From: Monocercomonoides exilis PA203
Lineage: Eukaryota; Protista; Preaxostyla
DNA: 64,000 nucleotides
Reading direction: 5' to 3'
Assembly: GCA_001643675.2 (NCBI GenBank)
Contig: LSRY02000014.1
Span: 434,001 to 498,000 of the forward strand
The stretch's first letter is position 1. Each line of letters begins with the position of its first letter. Positions 31,101 to 45,133 of this stretch are shown one piece after another. The notes beneath the pieces are model-generated. The model was not told where the DNA came from. It was given only the letters and a program-made list of their open reading frames with translations, and did not search any database. Made by a program: the position numbers and the translations under genes.

Positions 31101-34100
31101 ATACAGTGATGAAGTCCAGAAGATTCGTGTCTGTCTTGTGCTCTGTGCTGTCTATCCCACAAATCCCTTTTTCTTGATCCGAGATCTTCCTGAGGTCAAA
31201 TCGAAATTGCGTTTCATTGATCTGCGACGATATGCTGAAGCACTGAACAAAAATATCACACCCAACCCCTGCTGTATTCGCCACAAACACCATCGTCCTG
31301 AACTCAAAATCCAGCACTCCCGTCTCATTGCTCCCCACATACACCCCTCCTCCCTTGCCGATGTCTGAACAGCTGCACCGAACAACACTGCTGTTCACCA
31401 TGTTCATCCTTCCACCTCCATTAATCCACAGCTCCATAACTCCTCCTCGCAAGCTTTGCTTTGCTCTACAGTCGCTTGCAACGCTTCCATTCACCTTCAT
31501 CATCACTCCCTTTCCTGTGTCTGTTCGCATGATGCTGCACCAATCGCTCCTTCCCTGAACACCCTCCAGAATGCAATCCTTGAGTTCAACGCTTCCAACA
31601 AGATTTGTTTCGAATCTTCCAAGTGCATGTTCCTCTCCAACAATCTTCACAATCGCATCACAATTCATGTTCACTCCGGAAATAGTTGCTTTCTCAATCA
31701 CACATGTGGTCTCATCCCCAACAGCAAACACACTGTTGCCAATGCTCCTCGACTCCATCCTGAACAACTGCACAATCAGCACCCCTTGTTTTGCAAACAC
31801 AAGCGAGCAGGAAAACTCGCTCCTATCTTTCACAGCTGAGACAAATGAGCAGTCGCTGAGGTTCAACAGACCTCCTTCGTTCCAAATAAGAGCTTTCACA
31901 TGATCTTCAAACCCTTCTGCCTGCTCAAAGCATATATCTTCCACAAGCACTCCACCATGACTCCTGATAAACCATAATTCTCCCACACTTGCTTTCTTTT
32001 CAAATACCACTCTGCTCTTCTTTGACTCGTCTCTCTTCCCATCCGATTTCATTTCAAATTCTTCCAAATCATACTCATCCCGAATAACTGTTTCTCCAGA
32101 AACAAACATGAAACGAGATTCCCCTTCGCTTTTCAGTTGTTCCATCCCTTTCCAAAACGAATTGCATGGCTCTTCTTGCCTTCCACACCTTGCCACATCA
32201 AAACCTTCTTTTCCAACATACACTTCCCATCCCTCATAGGAAATCAGGAACCTCAATAAATCCGTTTCAACAAACTTGCCATCACTCCCCACAAACATGT
32301 TCCCATCTGTGTCTCCTTCTCCACTCCCATAATTGAATTTGAATGCACCCTGATTCACAGACTCGTTGAGATCACAATCAACAATAAACACATTCCTTCC
32401 CAACCATGCTTCATTCTGATCAAACACCAGTCCTTCAAACACAAATCGTGGACTTTCCTCTGTGTTTGTGGTGTTCAAGAAAGCAAATCCCCCCTTTCCG
32501 TCTTCAATACTGCATCCACACTTCATCAGCAGCGATCTGTTCACAACAACATTCCCTTCCCTTCCAACTTCAATCTCAGCCACTCCTCCTTTCTTTCCAC
32601 CATCTGTTCTGATTCCAGTGAAGTTGCATCCTTCAATCACTGTTCTTTCAAGAAGAATGAACGGAACAACTGAGAAACTCGAAGACTCCATCTGACAATT
32701 TATCAATTCCACTCCATTGCCACTTGCTTCAATCACTCCAAACTTCATTTCCGCTTCACACACAATTTGACAGCTTTCAAGAGTTAGCGTTCCTGCTTTT
32801 GAGATGATTGCCATTTTCAATTCGTTTTCCAGCTTGCTTGGCAATTCCAACGAGACCCTTCCAATTGTCAGACTTGCACGTGCTGTCAATACTGCTTCAA
32901 ACACTCCATCTCTCTTTGGATTTCCTTGAATTACCAAAATCACTTTCTCTCGTTCTCCTCCAGTCACTCCAACAACACTTGTTTCCTCCAGAAACTCATA
33001 ACAGTCTTCGATGCTCCCCACATTCACAATCTGCAAGTATCTCTCGGATGAATCGTCAAAGTGCCCCACTCCACTCCAGATCGATTTGCAAGGAAAAGCC
33101 TCGCTTCCACACCCATTCACATCAACTCCCTTTCCTCCATCCACAACCACCACACTCGCTCGACGCTCCACAAGGAACAACATCAAATCAACACTCTCAT
33201 CGAAGTTCACTTCATCCACCCCAGCCATATCTGCAATTCTCACTCCATTTTCATCAAACAAATCAATAGCAATCGATGCCTGTGTGGCAGTGTTGTTCAA
33301 GTCAACACATTCCAAAAACAGATCTTTCCCTTCTTTTCCTTTGTTCTCCTTAAACCACACTTCCCTCAGATTCATCCCTTTTCCATCTGCTCCCTCAACT
33401 TGAACAAATATTCCTCCACCTCTCCATTTCCCCTCATCCACAGAACACATCTCCACTCGCACCCACTTCATTATTAACTCTCCTCCCAATCCCACAACAC
33501 AGCTCCCTCCTCCTCCCCTTCCTTCCACTGACTTGCAACCAGAAATTGTGCTCCCATTCATCATCTTCATTCTCCCCCCTGTTTCAATCTTCCATCCACC
33601 TCCATCATATGTGCACCAGCAGTTATCCACAGTGCATCCATCTGCTGTGCAACTGCTTCCATCACACACAACAACAAACCCACTTCCTTCTCTCCCTGAA
33701 CATCCTGTAATTAGTGTTTTTGCCAGTATGACAGTCCCACTTCTCGCCTGAATGATCCCTCTTTCTCCAAAAAATATCACACTCCTCACTTCGCAATCAT
33801 CAAATCTGACTGTGCCCCCTTTTCCAACAACAATCCACTTCTCACAAGCTCCATTTCCCTCTTCTCCACCACTCCAAAAGATATCACCAACAAATGAACA
33901 CTGTCCAGCACACACTTCCACAACACAATCGAAAGCACTTCCACCTCCATTCACTCCTGAAAGGTCAAACTTCACATCAGAAAACACAAGTTGTGTCAGC
34001 GCCTCACCACCGCTCAGCACAAACTGCGCGTCTCCCCCAATCGCAAGCGATGGTTTGCTTTCGTCTCCTTGGATGGTCAACGAGTCCCCATCTCGATCAA

Positions 34101-37100
34101 TCTGCCCACTCACTGGCGTTGTTGCTTGCAGCTGGATGATGGAATGTGTGGTGTTCATCAGCTGAAATCCCAAATCAACAGATTCACATGGAAGCTCTCG
34201 ATACCCGCACAGTGTCGAATTGCTCCCATTTCCATTCACAAACACAAATCGCGACGAGCTCGGAAACAGATACTCCATCATCGTCACCCCCTCTGTGGTC
34301 TCTGACAATCGATCAAGCACCCACAGCCGATCTTCTGCTGAATCGTTCTGTGCTGATCCATTCCAAAGCAACCCAACAATCATCAGTCGAGGTTGGATGC
34401 ACTCCACAAACACATCTTTCCCCTTCAATGCTCCATTCTCATCAAACACGATCTTCTTCATCGAGTATTCTGATCCAGTTCCCCACAAGTTCATATACAG
34501 CCCTCCTCCAAACCCACTTCCCGATGGAACTGTACTGCGGTTCACAGTGTTTTCATCAAATCCAAAATACCCTCCATCATCCACTTCCACAATCACACTT
34601 CCACCTCGTGACCCTCCAGCATCACATCCATTGTGCTCCAATGTGCAGTTCACAATCTCCACCCTCTCTGCTTCTCCAACTTTTCCATCAATCGCTCCTC
34701 CATTTCCTGCTCCTCGCTTCAACCCTGAAAATGTGCTGTTCCTCATTCCAACGCTGATATCTCCTTCCACTCTGATCACATTTCCATCTGTCTCATTTCT
34801 TTCTCGAAATTCACTGTTTGCAATCTCAACATTTCCTCCTGCCTTTGCCCTCACAACACTCCCTTCTTCACTGACTCCCACATTTCTCATATAAATACCA
34901 TCCAGTACTCCTTCAGCCTCATTTCCATCAAACAATATAACTCCTGCCTTCACAAACACACACCCCTCAATTCTGCAATGTGTCATTTCCATTCTGCCTC
35001 CTGAAACAGCCACAATCCCCATCCCAACAACACCACTTTCATTCACAAAATGGCACTTTTCAATCTTCAGACTCATTGAGTTGCAACACATCATCCATTT
35101 TTCTCTTCCATCTCCTTCTGATCGTGGCAGCTGAAATACCATATCGTGCAATCTGATATCTTGCTGCGTTTCAATCATTCCTTTCCCGATCCCATTTTCA
35201 TCCTCATTCACTTTGATCAGAGTGCAGTTCGCTTCTCCGCAAATATCCATCGGTTGTGCATCCAAAATAATATCTTTCTCAAACACGAATGAGCTCTGCA
35301 GCTTCAACGTCGCATTCTTCTTTCCAAAAAGCGCACTTCCCGCATGCTCTATCGTTTTGCATGCAAAGTCTTTGTATCCACAAACTTCATAATCAATCCC
35401 ACTTCCACCCACACATCCCACAGCTGGCATCCCTCGAAACAGCACTGCCAGCGGGATCACTTGTTCCACTGCGCTCAACTCACACCCTCCAACATCATCA
35501 AGTCTCGCAATCTCAACTGCCTTCTCAAACTCAAATCCAATTGTTGTTCCATTCACAATCTTCTTCAGCTCCTTGCCTTCCACAAACACCCAATTCCCTC
35601 CTCTTGATGCGCTGCATCCATCAAACACCGCATTCTGAATGCAGAATGCTTTCACCTCATCATCCACAGACAAATACATCCCTCCTCCACGCCCTTCACT
35701 ATCCTCCACACTTCCAGCATGGCAATCTGAACACTCAATAGCCTGCACAGATGAAGTGCTTCCCAACTCTGCCAAACCTCCTGCCTTCACTTTCACAAAT
35801 ATTCCTCCTCCATTTCCCCCTGTGCTATCGCAGCTCTCGAAGTTTCCTCCAACTATCTTCAATATTTATTCCTCACCCACAACGCAACATACAGCTGATC
35901 CGTTCTTTCCTCTCACGATTCCTGATTTAAGCACACATTCTTCCAATATAACACCTTTGGCTCCACATGAATTGATAATCCTGCATTCCTTTCCTGACCC
36001 TTCATTATCAAACACAGAATTCTTAACATTCAGTTGAACTTCTGCTCCGCAGACATACACCAATCCCGTTTCGGATGAGGTTGTGGTATTCAGTGATTTC
36101 ATATTCGCAATATCCACAGCTGCTGCTCCCTCTATCCTCACCAGATTACTCCATGAAAAACACATATTGTCAATTATCACAAACACCAGCTCTGTCTTTC
36201 CATTGCTCGCAACAACAATACAAAATGTGTGTATTACACCTTCGCTCAGAGATCGAAATGAGCAGTTCTCGATTCTCATTGTCCCCTTGCTTTCTTGGCT
36301 GAAAAGCGCCTCATGCTCCTGGACAGATCTGGGAACAGAAAATAACAACAGCTTCACACAAGAATTCGATTTCCCATTTTCTTTCATATACAGAAGCCCT
36401 GTTTCACCAGAGGAGTTTCCATGCACAATCACTTCGCTCATTTCACTTTTTCCATGAACAAAGCACCCTTTCTCGTGGCTCAAAGAAACACTCTCGTTCA
36501 GCTCAAATGAACCCACAACCTCCACATCTTTTTCTTGCTCCTGCTGCCTCTGGAACGAATATCCCACTGTTTTGCACGGATACTCAACAAAGCCGCATCC
36601 AGCCACATCCAGTCCATTTGCCGAGGATGCGGAAATCGTGCTTCCCACATCGTGCAGCAAATACACAAGTGGAATGGCATTCAGACGATCAGCCCCATCA
36701 AAGCCTCTCATCCCATCCACTTCAGACAACTGCATGGATTTTCCAAATGGAAATCTTTCTTCGATCACACTCTCTGTCAGATTTGGCGATTCTATAAACA
36801 GATCATTTCCATATTCTGCACTATTCGCTCCGCCTTCGCCGAATGATGGCAAAGAAACCACAAAGTTTGCATCAGCTTCATCCGCCTCAATCAGAATCCC
36901 TCCCCCCAATCCCTTTCCAGGTGCAGCTGTTGCTGTGCACAAGCAAAACGAACACTTGTTCACTTTCACAACATTCGTCTTTGCAATATGCAGGTGCATC
37001 CCTCCTCCTCCCTTTCCATTTTCATTCACTGAGCAAGCATTGAACACGCACTCTTCAATGAGTGCAGAATGCAATCCAATCTCTCCACATGCAGCCACAC

Positions 37101-40100
37101 TCATCCCTCCTCCATCTCCAGTTGCACGAGTGATGCTTGTGAAATTGCTTTTTGTTATATTCATCACATTCACATTGCTCACACTTACAGCACTTCCTCC
37201 GCCCAATTCCACAGAATCAAACAAGCAATTCTCCATCTCCAGCTCTGTTCTAGCTTCGCTCTCAACACCAACAATTGCAGAAACATCTCCAAAGACAACA
37301 TTTCTCATCTTGAAGTTCACAAATTTCAGCAATCCCCCACTTGCCTTTGCAAAAGTGTTCATCAGCTCATCTCCACTCTCTGCTATCTCAGCTTCACAAT
37401 ACGACAATAGCATGCTCCCTGCTTGACACTCCATAAACACCTTCTCACTTGGACCCCGAAATGGAATCAATTGAAATCGAATGTTTGTCATTGACGTTTT
37501 CATTCTGCTCACAATCACTGCTTTCCCACTGAGCATCTCTGGGCACTCCACTCGCACAGCTGTTCTTTCGCTCACACATTTCAATTCCCACTCTTCATTT
37601 CCCATCACCGTTTCTTCCTTCCACACAAACCCTTCTTGCATCACAATCGCTCTCTTTCCATCTCCAAATCGCAAGCGAACTGCTTTTCCAATTGTGCGGC
37701 AGGGATAATTCTTGGTCCCACATCCACTGAAGTCCCTCATCCCACTCCCTCCCACATATCCACTTCCTCCAAACACAGCAAAATATGCCAGCAGTGGCAC
37801 AGCCTCTTCTCCGCATCCATCCTCCATTCCCATCATATCTTTGTCTTCCATCTTTGTTGTGCCAAACAACACACTCGTGCTGCTCACAACCCTCGACAAT
37901 TCCCTCGCCTCCACAAATAGATTCCTTCCCCACCAACCCGAGCATCCGCTGAACTGCACATCCCCAAGAATAATATCCTCTCCTCCATCTTCCACACAAA
38001 TCATCATCCCTCCCCCTTTTCCTTTCTTTGTTTCCTCATCTGCCACACTGCACTGTTTCAAAGCTGTTTTGCTCCAGTTCCCCACCCTCAATGAACCTCC
38101 TCTCTTCACTCGAATACAAAAGCCCCCACCATCTCCTTCTTGGCAGCTGCAATTGTTCAGTGACACATTGCTCAGATCAACCATTTCACCACTTCCAACC
38201 ACCTCACTGACAACACTTCCATTTCCATGAAGCCTTTGGAGGTTCTCAACCAGCACATTCTTCATCTCAATGCCTCCCACCAGCGAATCAAACACAGAGC
38301 AATCATTCAAGAAGAACCCACTTATCTGAAGCTCGTCCACATTCAGTGTTCCATCTCCTGAGCAAATAATCAGCGGGGATGTGAATGGAAGTACAGATCT
38401 ATGATCTTCAGATGCAAACAGCTTCATTCTGTTCAGTTTCATCTTTCCCACTGAGCTCACTGCAAAGAGTGTCATCCCTTGTTTTGCTGCAGAATGCTCC
38501 ACACTGAAATTCGACCCCAACAGCGATCCTCTCGACACTTCAAACAAGAACTGGCCAGGAAGATTTTCAGTCTTGATCACACACTGCTCCTGAGCAACAC
38601 CTCTCACAACGATATCCCTCAAAGGTCTGGATACTCCCCTTTTTGGTGAAAACACACTCTCCAGCAGCTTCAATCGCTGTTCCCCAGAATCTGAAAAGCT
38701 CTCCATTGCATATTCTATCGACCGGCATGCAGAATCCTTATCAATGCCACAAAACTCTTTGTCAACCCCATCTTTTCTCACAAAACGTTCCAGCATCCCA
38801 TTCGGAAGCCAACTGTTTTTTTCTCCAAGTGCTGAGTGATACACTCTGTTGCCTTCTGCTCTTGTTGAAAAAGAAGAAACACACAAAATGAAATTCTCCC
38901 CAATGATAGATGCATTGTCATATATATATATGTCATTCCCTTTTTTATTGAATGCGGAATTATTGTGAAAGAATGAGAAAGCAATCATTTGGTAATTTAT
39001 TGTTGCTGAACTATACAAATAATAATATACGCTTCCTCCAAAATAAGCTGTTGAATTTTTGAAAGTGCATTCATGCGTTTTCATTGTATATGACATTCCA
39101 TAAAATAAAAGTGCTCCACCTCCAACGCTTGTTTCGCATTCGCATGTATCAAAATAACATCTGCAAACAATTGGTCCGTCTTCTTTACAGCCTATTGTCT
39201 TACAAGTTTGAAGTCTTAAACAACCTCCAGTTGCTTTTGCACGAGAATTTTGAAAAATGCAATCTTCGATAAAAGTACATTGGATAATATTATACACAAG
39301 CGCTACTCCCGCTTCTTTTTTCGATTCACATCTTTCAAATACATTTCCTTTCCATTGCACACACTTACCAAAATATATCATGATTGCTCCTCCAAATCTC
39401 TGACAAGTGCATGTGTCAAACAAGCAATCTTCAGCAATCATGGTACATTTATCTCCCCCATAAATTCCGATAGCTCCTCCAGAGTATTTTGTATTGCTGT
39501 CAGAAAATGATTCATTTGTAAAGGCTGATGAAGTGTTGTGCCATTCGCATGCGATGAATTGCAGAGTGTCATTTCTCGCTCCAAGATCTTGCTTCTCCAT
39601 TGTAACGTTTTCTTCAATCTTTAAGTCATTTCCTGTTTTCCTGCAACGAGTGAATGAAGTGTTAAATGCATCCATTGCTGATGGTCCATTTATCGAACTC
39701 ACTATTTCCCCATCCAGAACATCATCCACCTCTGTAAAACTGCAAGAGTGAATTATCGCCGAGCAACAACACTTATCACCAGCTGTTCGAAAATCTCTTG
39801 GCCCTGTTGCAGTCACGTTGGCAAAATCTGAATGAACGATTGAAATAATCGAAGAAGGCGCAGATGACACAAATGGAATCTCAGTCAGCGCAATTGACAT
39901 AAATGACGATTCAAGAATGTTCACATCATTTTCTTGAGTTTCAGCGGGCAACCGATTTCCAGGTCCAACAAGAGAAGAAACACGTACCATTGGTGCTAAT
40001 GAGAGAAGTGTCAAGTTTTTGATGAGAAATGTGCTGGCAGAGCTCCTGAACATATTTGATTCAGAACGGCACGAAATAGCTATCACACATTGATCAACAA

Positions 40101-40521
40101 AAACAAGCGACTGCCTTCCAGCATCAATAATTGAATGAACGCTGCTCTGATCAAAATGAATCTTCTGCGTTGTCAGTGAAGTGTTTGTCAAGCCCAATTG
40201 CGAAGATATCTGACTAGAAGTCAACTTTTGATGATGATTTCCTTTTGTTTTTCCAACCTCTTTTGCAAATGAAGATCCTTCAATCCCCCACTTATGTTTA
40301 ATGCTATTTGATAAAAAAGGCATCACATGACTTTGCTTTTCAAAGCAATCAATGTTTTCAGTCTTTATTGAATTTTGACCTTGACCGTCAGATTTTGGAC
40401 TTTCTGTTGAGCAGCTCATGAGAATAAAATAGAAAAGAACAATAATCATCGATAATTTCTTCTCACTCTGCCTCAGACAGCAGAAAATTCCTTCTCTCCA
40501 AACAATCAATATTTTCTGCAA
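28198..40521 (-). pseudogene. Giant receptor-like pseudokinase, copy B (~4100 codons, 8 ectodomain modules), interrupted by one in-frame TAA at 35866-35868
   Basis: ORFs 35866..40521 and 28198..35862 are in the same frame: ...gtg ggt gag gaa TAA ata ttg aag ata gtt... (VGEE*ILKIV). It has the same module motifs, TM (FWPIIVVVMAIILLIVLIGFILFVV) and pseudokinase tail as copy A. The true start is probably near the hydrophobic IIVLFYFILMSC segment (~40450). The stop could be a real nonsense allele or a base-call error. Confidence 0.8.
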
Positions 40522-41659
40522 AGATCAAAATCATATATTAAGTTTTTGCTCTGATAAAAATTATTTTTCCAAAAAATTTATATCCTGTTTGGTTTTTGCA
40601 GAACAAACATATTGAAGATTTTCACAGAAGATAAGCAGGCAAATATGGTCATTTCTGTGTCAATACAACAATTAATCGCAATTTTCGTGAAATTACTCAA
40701 AAGATGCTCTAAATAACGGTCCAATTATTAACAGAAAAATAAACAACAAAGAAAATTAAATTCAAAAGATAAGTTTGATGATCAAACTTGTTCAAAAATT
40801 CTGCTGCAAATTCTCTGAAGGTCTTTTTCGTTTGTTAATTTCTGATTTTCTTCATCATTTGATGAGTAAATCGTAACCCAAAAGTTAAAATAGGTTGTTG
40901 GATAAAAACAGCATTTTATAAGTTCTGCTTCCGATGAATGGTAACTTTCACATTGATCAATTGTCAACTTTTTGTTCTTTCTTTCTTTTCAATGCTATTC
41001 ATCAATCTCTTTCCTCCTGATACTCTTTCGATGGTGGTGCATTTTCACATTATACTTCAAATTCAACTCAATTCGAAATAGAAAACCTGTTTTTATCAAG
41101 GAATCGTCTTCTTTTTCAGAATCATCTTTTCTTCACTCGCATTTTCCACTTTCGCGAATAAATCGATGGCAATTGTTGTAATAAATTTCATTTATCACTA
41201 TGAATCAATGATTTGCAAAATATCACATTTGGAAACTGAATGTTCTTGCATTGGGCAGTTCGTTTATTTTGAAATCAGTTCTCGAATATGGAAAAATAAA
41301 ATTAAAGTTATGTCTTTCATCCAAAGCACACCATTTGCAAATAGCAACTTCGAACTTATAAATATTGCTGTTGTATTATGATGTGGTTTCATTACGCTGT
41401 GATAATAACACATTCAAACTTTTGAAAATATTGTCAGTTGAAACAACTTATATTTAAATAAATCATGAAATTTGGTGGATCAGTAAATTTTCATACAAAA
41501 TATTGCATCTTTGCTGTCTTGAATCTTTTTTTAGATAAGAAAAATGCGTTTTTTAATATTTAAGTAAAATAATATGGGTATTCTATTTTGGAACAGAAAA
41601 ATGAAATGAAATGAAGCACAAAAGAATGCCTTTGAAAAATAAAAGGTGTAAAACTCTTT

Positions 41660-44394
41660 TCAAGCATCAGCATCTTCACCTTCCTGAAGTGTGATGTCAT
41701 CAGGATTACTGCCATATTCATTGTTCCATTTTTTTAAAACGTCCAACGTTTTTGAGTCAACTGATGGACGAATCTGACGAAATGCTGAGTCGAAGTCGGA
41801 TAGTTTTATTGGTCTGACAGAAGAAGGATCGATGTCAGCGATGTTGCTGATGGTTGACGCCAGCTCTCTAACTGGACCCATCGCAGCATTTGCACACAAA
41901 GCAGCAATATCCGATCCGGAATACCCTTTTGTTCTTGTGACAATGCTATCAACATCGGAATCGTTCAATTCGTGCGAATTCTTTCTCAGCAGCCGATAAA
42001 ACAGCTGCTTGCGAGCTGGGCGATCAGGAAGAGGAATATACAGGCGAGTGGGCATTCGCCGTCGCACAGCCTCGTCTAACTCCTGCGGTCTATTAGTTGC
42101 TCCGATGATAAGAGTTTTCTCCAGTTTTGTTGATCCCACTCCATCCAGTTGCACCAAAAACTCTGTCTTCATCCTTCTGCTGGCTTCCGTTTCGCCCTCG
42201 CTTCTTGACGTGAGCAAGGAGTCTATCTCATCCACAAACACAATTGCATTTTTGTGGCATCCAGCAACAGTAAATAAAGTTCGAACAAGTTTTTCACCTT
42301 CCCCAATCCATTTGGACATAAGAGAAGAAGACGAAATCGAAAAGAACATTGAAGATGTGGTGGATGCTATGGCTTTGCCAATCATCGTCTTTCCTGTTCC
42401 CTATTTAAGTTTGAAAAAAAGAAAGCATTCCAAAAAAGCAACATTTGAGAATTTGGCAAAAAAATAAATAAATAAATAAAATAAAAATAAAAAACACTAA
42501 ATATGAAAAAAAAAAAATATTGATTTTCAATCCACACCGGTGGACCAAACAAGAGCACTCCTCGCGATGGCTCTCTTAATCCAGTGAATAGACCAGGATT
42601 GGTTATGGGCCACAAGACATTCTCCTTAATTCGCTTCTTAGCAAATTCCAGCCCTGCGATGTCGTCCCAGTGGACAGACGGAGAGTGGTCCATAATTTCG
42701 TTGCATATCATTTCAATAAGCTTCGGATCCAATCCCTTCAGCCTTTCGTCATCCGGATCGATCCCTCCAAGCATTTCGGCTGTTATGACTGGCTCATTCT
42801 TTTCTCCACCAATTTTCTCTGTAAAGTTTAAAATGATAATATCAAAAAAAAAAATCAAAAAACATTGAGAAATAAAAATTGTATCGTTATTGTTAAAAAT
42901 GTGAGAATGATTACAAGTCATACGTTTTTTTGCATCGTTTCTTGTTAGCCCTGAAGGTCTTGATCCGCCAATGAGATTACCTCCATATATGTTTGGAGGG
43001 TTTGAAAGGAAATCTGGATAATCTCTCAAAGAGCTCTTGTCGCTGCCCCCACTTCCAACACCTCCTCCGCCACTGCTTGCTCTAACAGGAGGCTGGAAAC
43101 GCGGTGCAGAAAGTGCTCGAAGTTGGCTTTGTTGATCCTTCGTCAAAGCAGAAGATGGGCCAGTTGGAGTTGCCGAGCTTTGCGGTCCTCCGCTACTCGA
43201 TGAACTGAAAGCAGAAAGCCTCGCAGAAGGCGATGATGAATCGGTATCAATATAAGAAGAAGGTGGAGATGGTCGGATCATTCGAGTCACATTTCCTCTT
43301 CTGATTCCAAGTGTTGATTCACCTCTCCGTTTTTTCACGTCAGCTATCAATTTTTCTCTTCCAGAAATAAACTCGCTTTGTAGTACCGGACTCTCTGAAC
43401 GTGGAGGAGAAGAAGATGGAATTCGCGAAATTGAAGATTGTGTGTTTGTGCTTCTTACAAATGATGAAGCTATTTGTTTTTGAGTCGGTAAAGCAGATGG
43501 TGAAATTGATGGAGGAGACGCAGGCAAAGGCTGGACTCTCTTTTGTTCCCATGGTAAATTTTCTTCATTTACTTCTTCGTCGTATTTGCTTTCATAATAA
43601 GGATGCAATTGGGGAGTTACTGGTTTTCTGACGATCGGATTCAGCACAGCTGCTTGAGATGAATTTTGTTGCTGTAAAGGACTCCGAGAAGCAGGTTGAT
43701 TTTGTGGTAATGTTTGCTTCATTTTGCTAAGCAGCGAAATGCGTGAATGCTGCAACTTATCTGTTTCCTGCTGTGGATTCTGATCATGTGAATACGTTGG
43801 TTGGGCAGATTGAACGATTTCAATTTTCGGTTGTTGAGGCTGCAAAGAAGAAGAATGAAGTTGTTGAGTTGAATTAAAGCAAAAACTTGGATGAAATGTC
43901 TGTAGTGAATGCTGAAATGAAGCAGATGAAATGTTTTGAAATTGATTCTGGGTTATCTGAGAATTTTGTAAAATAGCTCCTTTCCCTGAAGCAGAAGATT
44001 GACCAGGCTTATACATTGGTGGATCCTGTGACGAACATATTTTTCCTTTTTCTGAAAGAGGTGCTGCGCGAGGGAGTTCTGAAAGCGAGCTTATTGTTTT
44101 GCGAAGAGAAGAAACAGTTATTGAAACTTTTTTTTCTGATTTCGCAGCTGCCGAAAAGGAACTAGGAGGAGATAAAAAATTTCCTATATTTTCATAGCAT
44201 TGTTGCAACAAATCTATGCTGTCCCAATTATCAAGAGTGCTGAAGCTTTTATCAATTGAGCATGTTCCAACATGGTTCATAAGTTGTAACGTTGATTGAA
44301 TTTCTTGTGTTGGTGTTGTACCGTCATCAAACGTACAATCTTTTCCAATTTTTCCATCTTCTAACAAACTTACAATCCAAGAAACATTTTCCAT
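41660..44394 (-). CDS. FIGNL1: Fidgetin-like protein 1 (AAA+ ATPase), 3 exons
   Basis: Introns at 42819-42923 and 42401-42537 reconstruct VHWDDIAGLEFAKKRIKENVLWP...GVLLFGPP|GTGKTMIGKAIA, SKWIGEGEKLVR, Walker B VFVDEIDSLL, SRRMKTEFLVQLDG and GATNRPQELDEAVRRR. The N-terminal FISGREKL and RFQPP motifs resemble the FIGNL1 RAD51-binding region. Confidence 0.9.
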
Positions 44395-45133
44395 TAAATT
44401 GTGTTTTCATAAAATAAACTTATGGGTTCAGAACTTCGAGAAAAACTTTTCATTATTGGCAAACAAAAAAAATTGTCATCATTAATAAATGTTACATAAA
44501 AAATAAACAGTTAAACAATTTTTAAAATAACGAAAAATGTTTTTCACTCTTGAAAAAAATGAAAGAATAAATAGAAACAAAAAAATATTCTCCAAAAAGT
44601 GAACTCTTCAATCAACGTTTTTATATATGCCTGAATATCATTTTTTGAGGGTTTATTTTGTTATTCTCTTGTTTTTTCGAAAAAGTTTGAAGATTATTTT
44701 ATATCTTTATTTTTAATTTCATTATTGGTTTGGAATTTTGATTGAAAACAAGATAGCATTCAAAAATGATTTTATTCAAGTTATTATCATTATTGGTATT
44801 TTCAGATGCATTAATCTATTAAACTTCATGGTTTTGTGAAAAATATTAAACTTCAGTTTAGACGTTTTTGAAAATTATCGAAAATATTTTTTCAAAAGTT
44901 TTATATTTATTCACAAACTCAACAATATCAGATCAAACACCAAATAAAATAACTCAAATATTTCATAAGTTTATGTGAAATGAAGCCTTTCACCCTTTAT
45001 CCAATAAGTGTAAGAAATACTTCACAAAAATAAAAGCTACTGCTGATGAAGTGAGCATAACTTTCTTTTGATGTGTAATTTCGATTGTTTGTAAAACTTT
45101 TAAATATCAATGAGACTGAGAACTGTCTCTTTC

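Noticed and set aside
35866-35868. TAA/TAG reassigned to Gln (known in some oxymonads) as the explanation for the in-frame stops
   Set aside because: Thousands of codons in the long ORFs contain no other TAA/TAG, and ordinary genes here end in TAA or TAG (calreticulin, pinin-like, NEK-SPRY). The TAA in copy C aligns to Ser, not Gln.
40780-41400. Possible degraded gene or transposase upstream of copy B
   Set aside because: Only short ORFs with no motif I can recognise.
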